Of a stretch of DNA of 64,000 nt, positions 61,207 through 64,000 are shown piece by piece. Position numbers and translations under genes: made by a program. The DNA comes from Candidatus Bathyarchaeota archaeon (GTDB taxonomy: Archaea > Thermoproteota > Bathyarchaeia > Bathyarchaeales > Bathycorpusculaceae). The stretch covers positions 480,001 through 544,000 of the forward strand of contig CAWHXY010000007.1 of NCBI GenBank assembly GCA_963833575.1. Reading direction: 5' to 3'. The notes beneath the pieces are model-generated. The model did not search any database. It saw nothing but the letters and a program-made list of their open reading frames with translations, and was not told the origin of the DNA. Numbering within the stretch: the stretch's first letter is position 1; every line of letters starts with the position of its first letter.

Positions 61207-61934
61207 GGTTTTACACTCGCGAAATTCAGACTGTCTGCTGAGTGATCTTGTTTTTTATGAAGTATGCTGTTTCCCGCACTCCGCGACTTTTGGGTGAAGG
61301 GGGCGAAGACCGTAGGATCATTGGAGCAATGGCTCGTTTTAGATCGGGCAAATATTTTTGCGCAGTAGATATAGCTTCTCGCCTAAAAAGCTATCGGTTA
61401 TCTTCAGGCTCTCGACACCACACTGCACAAAACCCATTCTATTTTCTCTTTAAAGTTGCAAAACGCCAACTAAAAATAAGCCCAATTCTTACTTATTTAA
61501 CAAAACTAAGCAAGAAAAACCGACTTTAAACTCGACCAACCCCCCAAAACCGCAACTATCTTGCAAACCATCGTTTGAATTCAACCACAAAACAAATAGT
61601 CTATCCAGAGCCTTTTTCGCCATTTGACTTGCAACATAGCACACGCCATAAAACTCAAAATTTCCCATAAGACCAAACTGGACCAAAAAACAAGAAAACT
61701 TCATTTGAAGTAACGTAGCTTATAAAAAAACCAATTCAAAAACCCCGTCAGATACAGATCTCTATAGTAGGAAAAAAGAATAAAAATCTTCAAACTGGCA
61801 ACTATGTAAAAACGCTTTTTCTCTTTTCGTTTTCTAAAATAACTAAAGTTTTCATTGGTTTAAACTTGATTTGCTCGGCTCAGAAGAATTGCAGGTTCGT
61901 AAAACTTAAATGCAACTCCAACAAAAAGCAAACT

Positions 61935-62261
61935 ATGCCTTATAAATCGGGTACGTGGGGTCCAGAAGCGCAGGAACGAAGTAAAAGACGCTTAGACTAT
62001 TTCCACGCGCATAATCAAAGCAGATATGAACTTAACAAAGACGAAGAAAAAGAAAAAGCTGCCATTTACTATGAGTTAAATCGGGAAAAGATATTGGAAA
62101 ATAAAACCAATTCTTACTCTAAAACAGATGCTCAACTTAGATATCAATTGAAAAAAGATGAAATAAAAGCAAAAAGTGCAATTTATTATAAGTTACATCG
62201 TGAAGAGATTTTGAGAAAAAAAGCCCAGGCTTACTCTAAGAAAAAGTCTATTCATCAATAG
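61935..62261 (+). CDS. Basic repeat protein with YYxxNREKIL-type repeats
   Basis: RYELNKDEEKEKAAIYYELNREKIL / RYQLKKDEIKAKSAIYYKLHREEIL duplication; such repeats often occur in viral HNH/EndoVII proteins, but no nuclease domain is present here. Confidence 0.6.
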   Translation: MPYKSGTWGPEAQERSKRRLDYFHAHNQSRYELNKDEEKEKAAIYYELNREKILENKTNSYSKTDAQLRYQLKKDEIKAKSAIYYKLHREEILRKKAQAYSKKKSIHQ

Positions 62262-62317
62262 TTACTTCCCCGTAACCGCATTTTTTGACTTTAAACTTTC
62301 AGATATATTTCGAGATT

Positions 62318-62335
62318 GGAAACACGGTATATAAG
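62318..62335 (+). promoter_or_regulatory. Putative BRE-TATA promoter of the pilin gene
   Basis: ggaaacacgg followed by tatataag, ~55 bp upstream of the ATG; SD ggaggtg downstream. Confidence 0.5.
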
Positions 62336-62390
62336 CGCTCCTCCAGAATAGAATGTCAAATGGAAATTTAGGCGGAGGTGGAAGAAAAAA

Positions 62391-62858
62391 ATGAATTTCA
62401 AAAAATTTATCAAGAACAGTAAAGCCATTTCACCAATTTTCGCAACTCTTATTCTTATTGCAATTGCAGTTATCGCAGGAGTAGTAGTTTACATGTTTAC
62501 AAACGGAACACTAGCAACCATGACAAGCGGCGGAACAGCAGCACAAGAAAAAATTTCAGTTCAAGGATCGAGTATTGTCGCAAGTAGTGGTGTGGCAACG
62601 ATGTATGTTGAGCAGACCAGTGGTCCAGCTGCAACACCAAACAGCATAATAATTAAAGACTCATCCGGAACTACACTCGGCGTCGTTACAGTTACAGTAG
62701 CCCCAGCGATAACATCAGGCTTAGTAAGTGGAACAATGTATACTATTACTGGCGGAGCTTATTCTGGTACTGCTCTCACTGCAGGTAGTCAATACACACT
62801 TACGCTAACAACTAAAGCAGGCGGCAGTTTCGTATCAACAGCAGTAGTTGCAACTTAG
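62391..62858 (+). CDS. Archaeal type IV pilin
   Basis: Class III signal KNSKA|ISPIFATLILIAIAVIAGVVVY. Confidence 0.9.
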   Translation: MNFKKFIKNSKAISPIFATLILIAIAVIAGVVVYMFTNGTLATMTSGGTAAQEKISVQGSSIVASSGVATMYVEQTSGPAATPNSIIIKDSSGTTLGVVTVTVAPAITSGLVSGTMYTITGGAYSGTALTAGSQYTLTLTTKAGGSFVSTAVVAT

Positions 62859-62927
62859 TTTGAACGGCAATTTCTTTTCCGTAAAACTTTTTTTTATTTC
62901 TAACTCAGACATAGCGGTGAAATTAAC

Positions 62928-63356
62928 ATAAAAACGAACGTAATAACACTTTTTGCAACTCTTATTCTTATTGCAATTGCAGTTATCGCAGGAGTAGTAG
63001 TTTACATGTTTACCAGCGGAACATTAGCAACCATGACAACTGGCGGAACAGCAGCACAAGAAAAAGTTACAGTTCAAAGCGCAAGCGGAACCACTAGCGG
63101 AGTAACAGTTTATGTTGAGCAAACAAGCGGCCCTCAAGCTACAGTCAACGGTTTGATAGTTAAAGACAGCTCAGGAAACACCGTAGGAAGCGCAATGGGT
63201 CTCGGTGGTACTCTGGTTCTACGACAAGGAACATTGGAGACTATAACTGGAACTATCACTCTTAACGCTGGCACTGCTTACACAGTGACAGTTACCACAT
63301 CTGCAGGCGGCAGTTTCGTTTCAACAAGCTTCACAACACAGACGCCAGCGCCTTAG
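62928..63356 (+). CDS. Second pilin copy lacking a canonical start and prepilin cleavage site
   Basis: 59 bp identical to pilin 1 (62955-63013 = 62442-62500); N-terminus (I)KTNVITLFATL. Confidence 0.7.
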   Translation: MKTNVITLFATLILIAIAVIAGVVVYMFTSGTLATMTTGGTAAQEKVTVQSASGTTSGVTVYVEQTSGPQATVNGLIVKDSSGNTVGSAMGLGGTLVLRQGTLETITGTITLNAGTAYTVTVTTSAGGSFVSTSFTTQTPAP

Positions 63357-63567
63357 CAGCAAAAATTATCAGGCAACTCTTTTCTCCAGGACTATCTCTC
63401 TTTGCTTGCTTTTGATATGTTACGGTTTTGGAAATATGGCTTATATGCTTTCTTACGATTGTCTTGTTTAAGGAAAGAAAGGAGCACCGGAGAAGGAGAA
63501 GGCTTCGACACTTTTTTGAGGAAAAAGAGGAAAGGAGCAAATCCGACTTGGGGAACGTTGATTTAAA

Positions 63568-63753
63568 ATGATTCGGAAAACTACAGATGAAATTCGAACT
63601 CTTCTAAGTAATGCTGAAATAGATTTTGAGCTAGTAGAGAATAAGGCGCTAAATGATTATCTTCCCAAAATATTTCACAGTTGCCCCTTTACAGAGGATC
63701 TATGCACGACAAAACAATGCATAGAATGCGCAGTCTTCAATGAACACAAATAA
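63568..63753 (+). CDS. Small Cys-rich protein
   Basis: CPFTEDLC...CIEC. Confidence 0.55.
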   Translation: MIRKTTDEIRTLLSNAEIDFELVENKALNDYLPKIFHSCPFTEDLCTTKQCIECAVFNEHK

Positions 63754-64000
63754 ACAAACTTAGGCGAAAAAACAAAAAGCAAAACAACCCTCAGAACCTC
63801 TTAGAAAACAACGATAAATAAGTTTGTCAGCTTCTTTCTCTAAACAAAATTTCAGTTTCCCATTCAACTTACCTTTTTAAAACCTCAGCTATCCCCGTCT
63901 TTTCTGTGCGGTCGTTAGGCTTAAATATCGATAGCACCAAAGTAGAGTTTAGCGTTTTAGGAGTTGAAAGTTTGTCTAGATTACAAAGAAGAGGTATAGC

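Larger units (their letters stand above)
59344..61634 (-). mobile_element. Repeated three-gene module, copy 2
   Basis: Colinear with 45426-48806; begins with an orphan copy of the vapC 3' end. Confidence 0.6.

Noticed and set aside
61242-61704. ORFs 61242-61529 and 61489-61704 as module genes
   Set aside because: Frames are broken by indels or stops in the homologous copy at 48430-48806.
1-64000. tRNA/rRNA genes, reverse transcriptase/DGR, integrase or transposase
   Set aside because: No cloverleaf/T-loop signature, rRNA-like tract, YxDD RT, tyrosine/serine recombinase or DDE motif was recognised by eye; intron-containing tRNAs could be missed.

Overview
Archaeal genomic window; the protein families (large PQQ-propeller-like surface protein, VPEF-CTERM proteins, TrmB, archaeal type IV pilins, TFB-like protein) point to Bathyarchaeia/TACK, which is an inference. 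Layout: 1-8.6 kb holds a histidine kinase tail, surface proteins and regulators. 9.1-38.1 kb is a large surface-glycan locus (GT2/GT4s, nucleotidyltransferase, two DegT aminotransferases, a DesII-like and a MiaB-like radical SAM enzyme, GNAT, methyltransferase+kinase pair, acetyltransferase, FkbM). 38-44.5 kb encodes small secreted proteins. 44.8-64 kb is a mosaic accessory region with a vapBC pair, two diverged copies of an unknown three-gene module with conserved non-coding flanks, gene fragments, serA and a pilin pair. Main leads: (1) a (T/A)AGCGCGC palindrome that repeatedly sits in AT-rich spacers between gene modules and at a gene-fragment breakpoint; (2) the duplicated integrase-less three-gene module; (3) a desosamine-like DesI/DesII/DesV enzyme set in an archaeal glycan locus; (4) a leaderless second pilin resembling a silent cassette; (5) several genes that appear to start at ATA/ATT/CTG. 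No rRNA, tRNA, CRISPR array, integrase or transposase was recognised. All counts and alignments were done by eye.
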